Positions 1-8,517 are shown, counted from the first letter of the stretch. The stretch is 24,000 nucleotides of DNA from Bacillota bacterium (GCA_036732425.1 DAINCI010000016.1:2599-26598); one strand, 5' to 3'. Numbers and translations: made by a program. Notes: a model not told the origin generated them from the sequence alone.

Positions 1-416
1 AGGCGCAGAAAGCTTTCCGGCTGGATGAAGTTCCCATTGGTGCCGTTGTGGTAAAGGACGGGACGGTGATCGGCCGCGGATTCAACTGCAGGGAAAGGGG
101 AAAGGATCCCACCCTGCATGCGGAAATGGTGGCGATCCGCCGGGCTTCTGCCGCTTTGGGCGGATGGCGTCTGACAGGCTGTGACCTGTATGTTACCATC
201 GAGCCTTGTCCCATGTGTGCCGGTGCCATTCTGCAGGCACGGATCCAAAGGGTGATTTTCGGATCCAGGGATCCCAAGGCAGGCTGCGCCGGCAGTCTCT
301 ATAATCTGCCGGAGGATCCCCGATTCAATCATCGGGTGGAGGTCGTGGAAGGCGTTCTGGCAGAGACCTGTTCCCGTATCATGAAGGACTATTTCAGGCA
401 GAAGCGGAATACATAA
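1..416 (+). CDS. tadA: tRNA-specific adenosine deaminase TadA, 5' end cut by the window edge
   Basis: The frame is open from base 3 (AQKAFRLDEVPIGAVVVKDG...). It has the cytidine/adenosine deaminase zinc motifs HAEM and PCPMCAGA. Stop at 414-416. Confidence 0.85.
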   Translation, partial: AQKAFRLDEVPIGAVVVKDGTVIGRGFNCRERGKDPTLHAEMVAIRRASAALGGWRLTGCDLYVTIEPCPMCAGAILQARIQRVIFGSRDPKAGCAGSLYNLPEDPRFNHRVEVVEGVLAETCSRIMKDYFRQKRNT

Positions 417-458
417 AATTTTCCCAGGCCCTATCCGTCCATAGTTTTTCCATAGAAT

Positions 459-713
459 TTATTCCTCAATCAGTTCATGGGTGGTTAACTTCCCATCGTT
501 TGCTTCCTGGATGGATTTACGTAATAACTTCATATTAGCCTCGCTGTAAAAAGGATCAGTTTTTGTTGTGATCTCAAACGGAATGCCGCCTTGCCGTACT
601 GCCTGACTGACGAAGATATTAACTGCTGATGAAAAGTTCATGCCCAATGTATTAAATAGCTTTTCACCTTGCTTTTTTAAATCATCGTCCATTCTGATAT
701 TTACTTGTGCCAT
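459..713 (-). CDS. RelB/DinJ-family type II antitoxin with no adjacent toxin gene
   Basis: The 84-aa product starts MAQVNIRMDDDLKKQGEKLFNTLGMNFSSAVNIFVSQAVRQGGIPFE, an RHH DinJ-like N-terminus. Its tail resembles the DinJ C-terminal toxin-binding region. SD GAAGGGAG lies 8 nt upstream of the ATG. Confidence 0.75.
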   Translation of the reverse strand: MAQVNIRMDDDLKKQGEKLFNTLGMNFSSAVNIFVSQAVRQGGIPFEITTKTDPFYSEANMKLLRKSIQEANDGKLTTHELIEE

Positions 714-735
714 GTTTCACACTCCCTTCGCATAT

Positions 736-764
736 ATTATATAGCATTGCCTATACAACGTCAA
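736..764 (-). promoter_or_regulatory. sigmaA-type promoter for the DinJ-like gene
   Basis: Minus strand reads TTGACG, a 17-nt spacer, then TATAAT, about 20 nt upstream of the SD. Confidence 0.5.
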
Positions 765-814
765 TCAATACATATATTATTTTGAAATTATAGTTTGAAA
801 AATGTTTCCAAAAG

Positions 815-843
815 TTGTGCCCCATTCTTTCTCATGTTATAAT
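815..843 (+). promoter_or_regulatory. sigmaA-type promoter for the membrane-protein/pspA operon
   Basis: TTGTGC (815-820), a 17-nt spacer, then TATAAT (838-843) preceded by an extended -10 TG (TGtTATAAT). Confidence 0.55.
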
Positions 844-874
844 AGTCTAAGACATTTTGAAGGGAGTTGTTTCA

Positions 875-1915
875 ATGGGTCGAGGGGGCGCATCCCGGGG
901 AGGCGGCGGAAGTTCAGGCGGCGGACGTAGTTTTGGCGGCGGAGGCGGAAGCCGCAGCTTTGGCGGACGCAGTGGCTCAGGCGGCTATAACCGCGGCGGT
1001 GCAGGCGGTTACAATCGCGGTGGTTCCGGGAATTCTTTTGGTGGATTCGGCTCTTCTCCGCACAGGAGTTCCAGCGGCATGGGCCCTGCCTTCTTTGGAT
1101 ATGAGATGGGAAGAAGGAGCGGCAGAAGAAGACGCGGGCCTTTTTTTTACGGGAGTGGTCCCGGCTGTCTTACGGCGCTCATTGTGTTTATCGTGGCAGC
1201 GGTTATCTTCATTTCCCTGCCAGGCCAAAGCAGCAATAATAGTACAGGCTCTTCCGGGCAGATAACGGCTTCCACTGTGGAGCGCGAACCCTTGCCGAAA
1301 GCGGCAGTTACGGAAACAGGTTACTATACAGACGAGCTGGACTGGATTGGAAATCAGACAACCCTGACCACCGGCATGAAGAACTTTTATAAGGAAACCG
1401 GGGTACAGCCTTATCTGTATATTACGGACACGATAGACGGCACGCATGCCCCTTCGGATGATCAGGTGGAACAGTTTGCAAACAGCACCTATGAGTCCCT
1501 GTTCTCCGACGAAGCGCATCTGCTGGTGATTTTCTTTGAATACGAAGACACGTATCACACCTGGTATCTGGCCGGCAGTCAGGCAAAGACCGTCCTGGAT
1601 CAGGAGGCCATGGATATCCTTCTGGATTATATCGACCGATATTATTATGATCAGGATCTGACGGATGATCAGATGTTTTCCAAAGCCTTTGACAAGGCCG
1701 GGGAACGGATTATGTCCGTTACAAGGTCGCCATGGGTCCCGGTACTCGTTGTTGTGGGCATCCTGGCTGTTCTGGCAGTTGCGTTTTTCTGGTGGCGCAG
1801 TTATAAAAAACAGAAGAACAAGGAAGCCGAAGATACCGAGAAAATACTGCATACTCCGCTTGAGACCTTTGGAAGTGGGGAAGCGGAAGAACGGGCAAAA
1901 AAATATGATAAATAA
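875..1915 (+). CDS. bitopic membrane protein: Gly/Arg-rich (RGG-like) N-terminal tail, TM, TPM-like extracytoplasmic domain, TM, short charged tail
   Basis: I prefer the ATG at 875 (SD GAAGGGAG 8 nt upstream) over the TTG at 857. About 100 aa are low complexity (GRGGASRGGGGSSGGGRSFGGGGGSRSFGG...RRSGRRRRG). Two hydrophobic helices are present (CLTALIVFIVAAVIFISL and WVPVLVVVGILAVLAVAFFWW). The central domain (TGVQPYLYITDTIDG...HLLVIFFEYED) resembles TPM/YgcG-family domains. Confidence 0.7.
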   Translation: MGRGGASRGGGGSSGGGRSFGGGGGSRSFGGRSGSGGYNRGGAGGYNRGGSGNSFGGFGSSPHRSSSGMGPAFFGYEMGRRSGRRRRGPFFYGSGPGCLTALIVFIVAAVIFISLPGQSSNNSTGSSGQITASTVEREPLPKAAVTETGYYTDELDWIGNQTTLTTGMKNFYKETGVQPYLYITDTIDGTHAPSDDQVEQFANSTYESLFSDEAHLLVIFFEYEDTYHTWYLAGSQAKTVLDQEAMDILLDYIDRYYYDQDLTDDQMFSKAFDKAGERIMSVTRSPWVPVLVVVGILAVLAVAFFWWRSYKKQKNKEAEDTEKILHTPLETFGSGEAEERAKKYDK

Positions 1916-1927
1916 AGGAGAATCGCT

Positions 1928-2623
1928 ATGGGAATGTTATCAAGGTTTGGGGACATTATCTCTTCCAATGTAAACGCATTGCTGGACAAAGCGGAGAATC
2001 CTTCCAAAATGGTTGACGAATACCTCCGGAAGGCCAACAAGGATCTGGCCGACGTAAAAAGGGAAACGGCAGGGGTTATGGCAGAGGAAACCCGTACCAA
2101 ACGGCTGGTGGATGAAAATGCGGCTTCCGTGGCCAAATATGAGGATCTTGCAGAGAAAGCACTGATGGCTGGAAATGAAGACGATGCAAGAGTATTTCTG
2201 GCAAAGAAGCAGGAGCTGGAAAGTGCCGGTGCCGGTCTGCAGACCGCTTATGACGCTGCTCATGTGAATGCCGCGAAGATGCGGGATATGCACGACAAGC
2301 TGGTAAAGGACATCAATGATCTGAATGCCCGGCGGCAGGCCATCGCTGCCAAGGTTTCCGTGGCAAAAACGCAGGACAGGGTAAACAAGCTGGGAGCCGG
2401 TGCAGACAAAATGAAGGGAACGATGGGAGCCTTCAGCCGGATGGAAGAAAAAGCGAACCGCATGATGGACGAGGCAAACGCTGCAAGCGAATTGGACGAA
2501 CAGCCGGCTGATGAGGCACAGACCCTGGAGGAAAAATATAAAAGCGTTGATACAAACGCATCCGTGGAAAATGAACTGGCTGCCCTGAAAGAAAAACTTG
2601 GCAGGAACAAGGATCAAAAATAA
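1928..2623 (+). CDS. pspA: PspA/IM30 family protein (phage-shock protein A / LiaH-like)
   Basis: N-terminus MGMLSRFGDIISSNVNALLDKAENPSKMVDEYLRKANKDLADVKRETAGV is a typical PspA start, followed by long coiled-coil composition. SD GGAG lies 7 nt upstream. The gene starts 12 nt after the preceding stop. Confidence 0.88.
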   Translation: MGMLSRFGDIISSNVNALLDKAENPSKMVDEYLRKANKDLADVKRETAGVMAEETRTKRLVDENAASVAKYEDLAEKALMAGNEDDARVFLAKKQELESAGAGLQTAYDAAHVNAAKMRDMHDKLVKDINDLNARRQAIAAKVSVAKTQDRVNKLGAGADKMKGTMGAFSRMEEKANRMMDEANAASELDEQPADEAQTLEEKYKSVDTNASVENELAALKEKLGRNKDQK

Positions 2624-2710
2624 GCCTTCATCAGGTAATTGCAGGATGAACCTGTGACAAAAGACAGGCCGGTACTAAGCAAAGCCAGCAATGGCTGGCA
2701 TAAACAGAAC

Positions 2711-2760
2711 AGAGTCCGGAGCTGCTGTCTTTTCAGACGAACCGCTCCGGACTCTTTTGT
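2711..2760. terminator. hairpin terminator between the convergent pspA and MATE genes
   Basis: AGAGTCCGGAGC (2711-2722) pairs perfectly with GCTCCGGACTCT (2744-2755). The loop is large and the hairpin is followed by TTTTGT. Confidence 0.55.
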
Positions 2761-2810
2761 ACTGTGTATTTCCTTCCTGTTTTCATGGTCCTTCCAGACT
2801 GGAATGCCTT

Positions 2811-4202
2811 TCAGGCTGGATGGACTGCATCGGCTGTATGGGACCGCGTCAGGTTTTTCATCCAGTTGAACCGGTTGACCTTGACCACGGCGACGAAGCA
2901 TTTCAAAATCTGGTCCGATTTCAGACAGGCAAAGACTACCCAGGCCGGGGCATCGAGGGACGCAGCAATCAGTGCCGAAGGCAGCACCACACATAATACG
3001 AAGAAGGTATCGTTTTTGAAAACAAACGAAATATCTCCGCCGCATTTTACCAGTCCAAAGAGACAGGGTGCCTGATAACCGCGGCCGACGGTGGTGATGG
3101 AAAGGACACGGATCAGAAGGGCGGCTTCCCGTGCCGCTGCCGGACTGATGCCTCCGCCGAATACACCGGAATACAGACGGATAAAAGGCTGGCTGAGTCC
3201 TGCCACCAGCGCTCCCGAGAGCAGGCCAACAAACAGGAAAATCACCTGGGTGGTCCGGGCATATTCCTTCATCAGCCCGTACTTGCCGGCTCCCACCGTT
3301 TTTCCGGTAATAATGCCGACTGCGGAAGACAAGCCGTTGATGGCGATATAGGCGAGGGTATCCATGGTGTTGGCGACGGATACCGCCGTGGCAACGGAGG
3401 CGTCAAAGAAATGCCCGAAGATGATGGAATTCCCCATCAGGTTTACGCTCCATATCAGTTCCCCTGCGATGAGGGGCAGACCGTAATGGAAGAAGTCATG
3501 CAGAAGCGTCCGGTCAAACTGCCGCATATCGGAAAGCTGAAGCTTCAGTTTTTTATCAAATACAAAAACATAGACAAGGATCCCGATTGTTTCGATGACA
3601 CGTCCGATCAACGTGGACAGTGCCGCGCCGAATACCCCCCATCCCAGGCCATAGATAAACACACCGTTCAGGGAAACATCCACCGTCAGGGAGATGAGGG
3701 AAATCGTCATGCCGATGGAAGTGGTCTCCACCGACCGCATGGCGCTGAGCAGTGCCTGGGTAACACAGAAAAAGAGATAGGATAAGGCAACGGTCCGCAG
3801 GTATACGATGCCTTCCCGGACGACTCCCGGCTCGGAGGTAAAAATGCTGATCACGGCACCGGGGAACAGCAGGCAGACCAGGGATACCACTGTGCCGACG
3901 ATAAGGGAGAGGCGTACTCCGATGGCGATAATGCTTTTGATGTTGGCGACATCTTTCTTCCCCCAGTATTGGGCGGAGAGAATCAGGATGACTCCGCTGA
4001 TGCCGCTGGTGAACATCTGTACAAAGGTGTTGATCTGGCTGGCAAAGTAAACACCGGATACCGCTTCATCCCCCAGGGAGCTGACCATCAGGTTGTCCGC
4101 AAAGGAGGAGAGGAAGGCAATCAGGCCCTGGGCTGCCACCGGCAGGGCAAGGGTGATCAGACTTTTATAATAGGAACGGTCCCGGGTCAGAATCTGTGTC
4201 AT
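2811..4202 (-). CDS. MATE family efflux transporter
   Basis: Starts at the internal ATG 4202 (MTQILTRDRSYYKSLITLALPVAAQGLI...), with SD AGGAAGGAG upstream. About 12 hydrophobic segments give a typical MATE N-terminus and length (463 aa). Confidence 0.85.
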   Translation of the reverse strand: MTQILTRDRSYYKSLITLALPVAAQGLIAFLSSFADNLMVSSLGDEAVSGVYFASQINTFVQMFTSGISGVILILSAQYWGKKDVANIKSIIAIGVRLSLIVGTVVSLVCLLFPGAVISIFTSEPGVVREGIVYLRTVALSYLFFCVTQALLSAMRSVETTSIGMTISLISLTVDVSLNGVFIYGLGWGVFGAALSTLIGRVIETIGILVYVFVFDKKLKLQLSDMRQFDRTLLHDFFHYGLPLIAGELIWSVNLMGNSIIFGHFFDASVATAVSVANTMDTLAYIAINGLSSAVGIITGKTVGAGKYGLMKEYARTTQVIFLFVGLLSGALVAGLSQPFIRLYSGVFGGGISPAAAREAALLIRVLSITTVGRGYQAPCLFGLVKCGGDISFVFKNDTFFVLCVVLPSALIAASLDAPAWVVFACLKSDQILKCFVAVVKVNRFNWMKNLTRSHTADAVHPA

Positions 4203-4409
4203 AACGGAACTCCTTCCTTTGGAATCTCCTGATGATTGTCCTGCCTTCTGTCCGGCATGGTAATGCCCATTTTCTTCATCCCCCATAAAATTTCAGCTGT
4301 TTTGCAACGATACAATAAACTACACAACAATTCCTTATTATATGCTTTCTGCTGTACCTATTCAACGAATTCAACGGAAGATATTCGAATCATTCCATTT
4401 TGATTTCAT

Positions 4410-4437
4410 TTGCAGACAGATACAGGCGTGATATACT
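4410..4437 (+). promoter_or_regulatory. candidate sigmaA promoter for the SGNH hydrolase gene
   Basis: TTGCAG, a 16-nt spacer, then TATACT with an upstream TG (gTGaTATACT). This argues against the annotated TTG 4400 start. Confidence 0.45.
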
Positions 4438-4477
4438 TGTCTCTGAATCAATCAATTCCATGAAAGGGGTTACAGGA

Positions 4478-5068
4478 ATGAAAAAGGTACTTTTGCTGGG
4501 CGATTCCATTCGCATGGGATACGACGATTATGTGCGGGACTTGCTCAAAGGGGAATGTGAAGTGATTTATTCGGAAGATAACGGACGCTTTGCTTCCTAT
4601 ACTCTGTGGCAGGCCAATCAGCTTTTCAGGGAATACGGGCGGTTTGACATTGTGCACTGGAATAACGGGTATTGGGATATGAACGTGGAGCCTCCGATGA
4701 AGGAAGCCATACATCCCGTTGATGAATATGTTCATTTCCTGAAGAGAATAATCCATGAGATCCGTCAAAACGGAGCAAAGATTATTTTTGCCACGACGAC
4801 TCCGATAGCAGAAAAGGGATCCTCTCTGGACAATACCGGTACCGGGGTGGAAATCAACTATGAAAACAGCTGGGTACAGAAGTACAATGACGCTGCAAAA
4901 CAGCTGATGGCACAGGAGCACATCCCGGTGAACGATCTGTATGCCCTGATGCGGAAGGACCGGAGCTGCTATAAGTGTCCGGACGGGCTTCACCTGACGG
5001 AGGAAGGATACCGGCTGTGTGCGAAGCAGGCAGCGGACATGATTCGGAAAGAGCTTGGACTTTCCTGA
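4478..5068 (+). CDS. SGNH/GDSL-family hydrolase (esterase/lipase-like)
   Basis: MKKVLLLGDSIRMGY is block I (GDS), HWNNGYWD is a block III-like motif, and CPDGLHLTEEGY is block V (DxxH). The start could be ATG 4478 or 4460; I prefer 4478 because of the AAAGGGG SD. Confidence 0.75.
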   Translation: MKKVLLLGDSIRMGYDDYVRDLLKGECEVIYSEDNGRFASYTLWQANQLFREYGRFDIVHWNNGYWDMNVEPPMKEAIHPVDEYVHFLKRIIHEIRQNGAKIIFATTTPIAEKGSSLDNTGTGVEINYENSWVQKYNDAAKQLMAQEHIPVNDLYALMRKDRSCYKCPDGLHLTEEGYRLCAKQAADMIRKELGLS

Positions 5069-5089
5069 AGGAATGGGTAAGGGATTGAG

Positions 5090-5121
5090 ACTTTCTGTTG
5101 TTTCAGAGGGTTTCTTTTTTT
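5090..5121 (+). terminator. rho-independent terminator after the SGNH gene
   Basis: ACTTTCTG / loop TTGTTT / CAGAGGGT gives 8 bp including two G-U pairs. It is followed by TTCTTTTTTTGTG. Confidence 0.45.
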
Positions 5122-5128
5122 GTGTTTT

Positions 5129-5167
5129 TTTACACAGATTTTACATTCCATGCATCTGGTTTATATT
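5129..5167 (+). promoter_or_regulatory. pstS promoter with PhoP-box-like direct repeats
   Basis: TTTACA (5129-5134) and TTTACA (5140-5145) sit on an 11-bp period and match the TT(A/T/C)ACA Pho-box hexamer. The second hexamer doubles as the -35, 16 nt from TATATT (5162-5167). Confidence 0.5.
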
Positions 5168-5218
5168 TTCCTCCCGTATGATGATCCTGTAAGAAAAAAG
5201 GAATGGAGGAAAAGGGAA

Positions 5219-6118
5219 ATGAGAAAAATATTTGGTACGGTATTCCTTTCTGCAGTTCTTGCGTTTTCCCTGTTTGGGTGCGCGAACCCTGCGGCAACGA
5301 AAGATTCGGCGTTTGATAACGGCAGGGAGATCAGCGTGGTATCCAGGGAGGACGGGTCCGGTACGCGCAGTGCCTTTATTGAGTTATTTGGCATGGAGGA
5401 AAAGAACAGCGATGGATCCAGGAAGGATAAAATGACCCGGGAAGCCGTCATTGCAAAACAGACGGATGTCATGATGACGAATATCGCCGGGGAAAAGTAC
5501 GCCATTGGCTACCTGTCGCTGGGATCGCTGAACGATACGGTCAAGGCAGTACAGATTGACGGCGTGAATGCATCCGCCGCGAATATCAAAAACGGAACCT
5601 ATGCCATCGCCCGTCCATTTTATATTGCTTCAAAAGGGGAGCCCACCGGACTTGCAAAGGACTTTATCGGCTTTATCCTGTCTGCGGAGGGTCAGAAGGT
5701 CATTTCAGACGGCTATATTGCCATGGACGATCATGCTCCGGCATACGCAGGCGATTCGTTATCCGGGAAAATTGCAGTGGCCGGATCGTCCTCTGTGACA
5801 CCGGTTATGGAAAAGCTGAAGGAAGCGTATGAGAAGATCAATCCGGATGCAACAATCGAAATTCAGCAGAGTGATTCCACGGCCGGCATGACAGCTGTAA
5901 TGGAGGGAACATGCGATATCGGCATGGCCAGCAGGGAGCTGAAGGACAATGAGCTCAGCGGGCTTACGCCGACGCAAATCGCCATGGATGGCATTGTGGT
6001 AATCGTGAACAAGGCAAATCCCGTATCCACTCTTACCACGGATCAGGTAAGAAATATCTTTACAGGAGAAGCTGCCAAATGGAGTGATGTCGGTGAAGAA
6101 AGGGATCTCAATGAATAA
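5219..6118 (+). CDS. pstS: phosphate ABC transporter substrate-binding lipoprotein PstS, with conserved blocks in permuted order (see findings)
   Basis: Starts at ATG 5219 (SD GGAGGA). The signal peptide has a lipobox, MRKIFGTVFLSAVLAFSLFGC. PstS blocks present are SREDGSGTRSAF, AIGYLSLG, AGSSSVTPV, ASRELK and VIVNKANP..LTTDQVRNIFTGE..KWSDVG. Confidence 0.9.
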   Translation: MRKIFGTVFLSAVLAFSLFGCANPAATKDSAFDNGREISVVSREDGSGTRSAFIELFGMEEKNSDGSRKDKMTREAVIAKQTDVMMTNIAGEKYAIGYLSLGSLNDTVKAVQIDGVNASAANIKNGTYAIARPFYIASKGEPTGLAKDFIGFILSAEGQKVISDGYIAMDDHAPAYAGDSLSGKIAVAGSSSVTPVMEKLKEAYEKINPDATIEIQQSDSTAGMTAVMEGTCDIGMASRELKDNELSGLTPTQIAMDGIVVIVNKANPVSTLTTDQVRNIFTGEAAKWSDVGEERDLNE

Positions 6119-6947
6119 GTGGAAAGAGAAGGGAATGAGTGCCGTGTTCCTTGCAGCGGCACTTGCATCCATATTGGCAGTGGGGCTGATTTGTTTCTTT
6201 TTGCTGGCAAATGGAATTCCCGCTATAAGGAAAATCGGGCTGCTGAATTTCCTTGGAGGAACCGAATGGTCACCTACGGATACCCCTCCGGAGTTCGGCA
6301 TCCTTCCGATGATTCTTGGAAGTCTGTATGTAACGGCGGGAGCCATTCTGACCGGCGTTCCCATTGGCCTGCTGACTGCCGTTTTCCTTGCCTGTGTCTG
6401 CCCGAAAAAGCTGTATCAGGTCATGAAGCCAGGGGTGGAGCTGCTTGCCGGAATCCCTTCCGTGGTATATGGATTCTTTGGCATGGCGGCGATTGTGCCG
6501 TTGACCGGAAACAGTATTCTTTCGGCTTGTATTTTGCTGGGAATTATGATCCTGCCGACGATTGTCGGGGTCGCGGAAAGTGCACTGCGTGCTGTGCCGG
6601 TATCGTATTACGAAGGGGCATTGGCTCTTGGTGCGGGACATTACCGCAGTGTATATCATGTGGTGCTCCCTGCGGCAAAGTCCGGTGTTCTGGCCTCTGT
6701 TGTGCTGGGAATAGGCCGCGCCATCGGAGAAACCATGGCGGTTATCATGGTGGCTGGGAACCAGGCACGTATGCCGGTGTCCCTGATGAAAGGCGTGCGG
6801 ACCCTCACGGCAAATATTGTCGTTGAAATGGGGTACGCTTCCGGGCTGCACCGTGAGGCCCTGATCGCCACGGGAGTCGTCCTGTTTGTATTCATTCTGG
6901 TCATCAATCTGGCCTTTTCCGTTTTGAAAAGGAGGGAAGGGAAATGA
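6111..6947 (+). CDS. pstC: phosphate ABC transporter permease PstC
   Basis: The ATG at 6111 overlaps the pstS stop (ATGAATAA). The protein is multi-TM with the EAA-loop ESALRAVPVSYYEGALALGAGHYRSVYHVVLP. Confidence 0.9.
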   Translation: MNKWKEKGMSAVFLAAALASILAVGLICFFLLANGIPAIRKIGLLNFLGGTEWSPTDTPPEFGILPMILGSLYVTAGAILTGVPIGLLTAVFLACVCPKKLYQVMKPGVELLAGIPSVVYGFFGMAAIVPLTGNSILSACILLGIMILPTIVGVAESALRAVPVSYYEGALALGAGHYRSVYHVVLPAAKSGVLASVVLGIGRAIGETMAVIMVAGNQARMPVSLMKGVRTLTANIVVEMGYASGLHREALIATGVVLFVFILVINLAFSVLKRREGK

Positions 6948-7771
6948 AAAAACAGATGGTTCAGGAACGTTTTATGAAGGTTCTTACATCGGCAGCCGCC
7001 CTGATTACCATGGGCATACTGTTATTTCTGGCGGGCTTCATTCTTGTCAGGGGGATTCCATATCTGAAGCCGTCACTTTTTTCCCTTCACTATGACAGTG
7101 AAAATGTATCCCTGATGCCGGCACTCCTCTCGACGATACTCATGACGCTTCTTTCCCTGGTGATAGCGGTGCCGTTGGGCGTATTTGCCGCCATTTATCT
7201 TTCGGAATATGCAAGGAAAGGCAGCAGGGCAGTATCGATTATCCGTGTCACGGCAGAAACCCTTTCCGGGATTCCTTCCATTTTATATGGCTTGTTTGGG
7301 ATGCTGTTTTTTGTCACACAGCTTCACTGGGGATTTTCGCTGCTTGCCGGGGCATTTACCGTTTCCATTATGATTCTGCCGCTGATCATGCGGACCAGTG
7401 AGGAAGCGCTTCAGGCTGTGCCTGATCTGTACCGGGAAGGATCCTATGGACTGGGAGCCGGCAAACTGCGGACGGTTTTCCGGATTGTGCTGCCCTCCGC
7501 CATACCGGGCATTTTTGCAGGGATCATACTGGCAATCGGGCGCATTGTGGGGGAAACTGCAGCCCTTATCTACACGGCCGGAACGGTGGCGCAGATTCCT
7601 TCCAATCCGATGATGTCTGCACGTACCCTGTCGGTCCATATGTATGCGCTGTCCAGTGAAGGACTTCATATGAATGAGGGTTACGCAACGGCTGTGGTAC
7701 TTCTGGTGGTGGTGGCTCTCATCAATACGCTTTCCGCCAGGATTGCCAAAAGGATTGGAGGGACAGCATGA
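6944..7771 (+). CDS. pstA: phosphate ABC transporter permease PstA
   Basis: ATGA overlap with pstC. EAA-loop is [32 protein letters not shown]. Confidence 0.9.
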   Translation: MKKQMVQERFMKVLTSAAALITMGILLFLAGFILVRGIPYLKPSLFSLHYDSENVSLMPALLSTILMTLLSLVIAVPLGVFAAIYLSEYARKGSRAVSIIRVTAETLSGIPSILYGLFGMLFFVTQLHWGFSLLAGAFTVSIMILPLIMRTSEEALQAVPDLYREGSYGLGAGKLRTVFRIVLPSAIPGIFAGIILAIGRIVGETAALIYTAGTVAQIPSNPMMSARTLSVHMYALSSEGLHMNEGYATAVVLLVVVALINTLSARIAKRIGGTA

Positions 7772-8517
7772 ACTGCTTTACGATTGAAGATCTGAATCTG
7801 CACTATGGGGTATTTCAGGCGCTCCGGGACATTGATCTTTCGGTGGAAGAGAGAAATATCACCGCCCTGATCGGGCCTTCCGGCTGTGGAAAATCCACTT
7901 TTTTAAAAACGCTGAACCGAATGAACGATTTGGTGGAAGACTGCAGGATCACCGGAAGCATCCGGCTTTTCGGTGAGGATATTTACAACGGTATGGATGT
8001 CAATCTGCTGCGCAAGCGGGTAGGCATGGTGTTTCAAAAGCCAAATCCGTTTCCCATGAGCGTGTACGACAACATTGCGTTTGGTCCCCGTACGCACGGT
8101 GTCCGGTCCAGATATCAGCTGGATGAAATTGTGGAAAAATCCCTGCGGGATGCAGCCATATGGGATGAGGTAAAGGACCGGCTGAAAAAGTCTGCTCTGG
8201 GACTTTCCGGAGGACAGCAGCAGCGGCTCTGTATTGCGAGGGCGCTGGCCGTTTCCCCGGAAGTTCTGTTGATGGATGAACCAACCAGTGCGCTGGATCC
8301 CATTTCCACCGGGAAAATAGAGGAACTGATGCTGACGCTGAAAGAGCATTATAGTATAATGATTGTAACGCATAATATGCAGCAGGCAGCCAGGATCAGC
8401 GATAAAACAGCTTTTTTCCTTCTTGGGGAAGTAATCGAATATAATGACACAGAGAAAATGTTCTCCCTGCCGCGGGATAAGCGGACGGAAGCCTACATTA
8501 CGGGGAGGTTTGGATGA
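7768..8517 (+). CDS. pstB: phosphate ABC transporter ATP-binding protein PstB
   Basis: Walker [10 protein letters not shown], signature LSGGQQQR, Walker [16 protein letters not shown] overlap with pstA. Confidence 0.95.
   Translation: MNCFTIEDLNLHYGVFQALRDIDLSVEERNITALIGPSGCGKSTFLKTLNRMNDLVEDCRITGSIRLFGEDIYNGMDVNLLRKRVGMVFQKPNPFPMSVYDNIAFGPRTHGVRSRYQLDEIVEKSLRDAAIWDEVKDRLKKSALGLSGGQQQRLCIARALAVSPEVLLMDEPTSALDPISTGKIEELMLTLKEHYSIMIVTHNMQQAARISDKTAFFLLGEVIEYNDTEKMFSLPRDKRTEAYITGRFG

Noticed and set aside
867-1852. Long overlapping ORFs (132 aa on the plus strand at 867-1265; 291 aa on the minus strand at 977-1852) across the Gly-rich gene
   Set aside because: They are alternative-frame or antisense readings of GGC/GGA-rich repetitive coding sequence. 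They have no SD and their composition is Ala/Arg/Pro-rich nonsense. The 875-1915 frame has an SD, TM helices and a recognisable domain.
2639-4232. Plus-strand ORFs of 76-124 aa antisense to the MATE gene
   Set aside because: They are shadow ORFs with Arg/Pro/Gly-rich composition. The MATE frame explains the region.
5120-5218. N-terminal extension of the pstS ORF (MCFFTQILHSMHLVYIFLPYDDPVRKKEWRKRE)
   Set aside because: It has no SD and overlaps the Pho-box promoter and -10 element. The ATG at 5219 has a GGAGGA SD and yields a textbook lipoprotein signal peptide.
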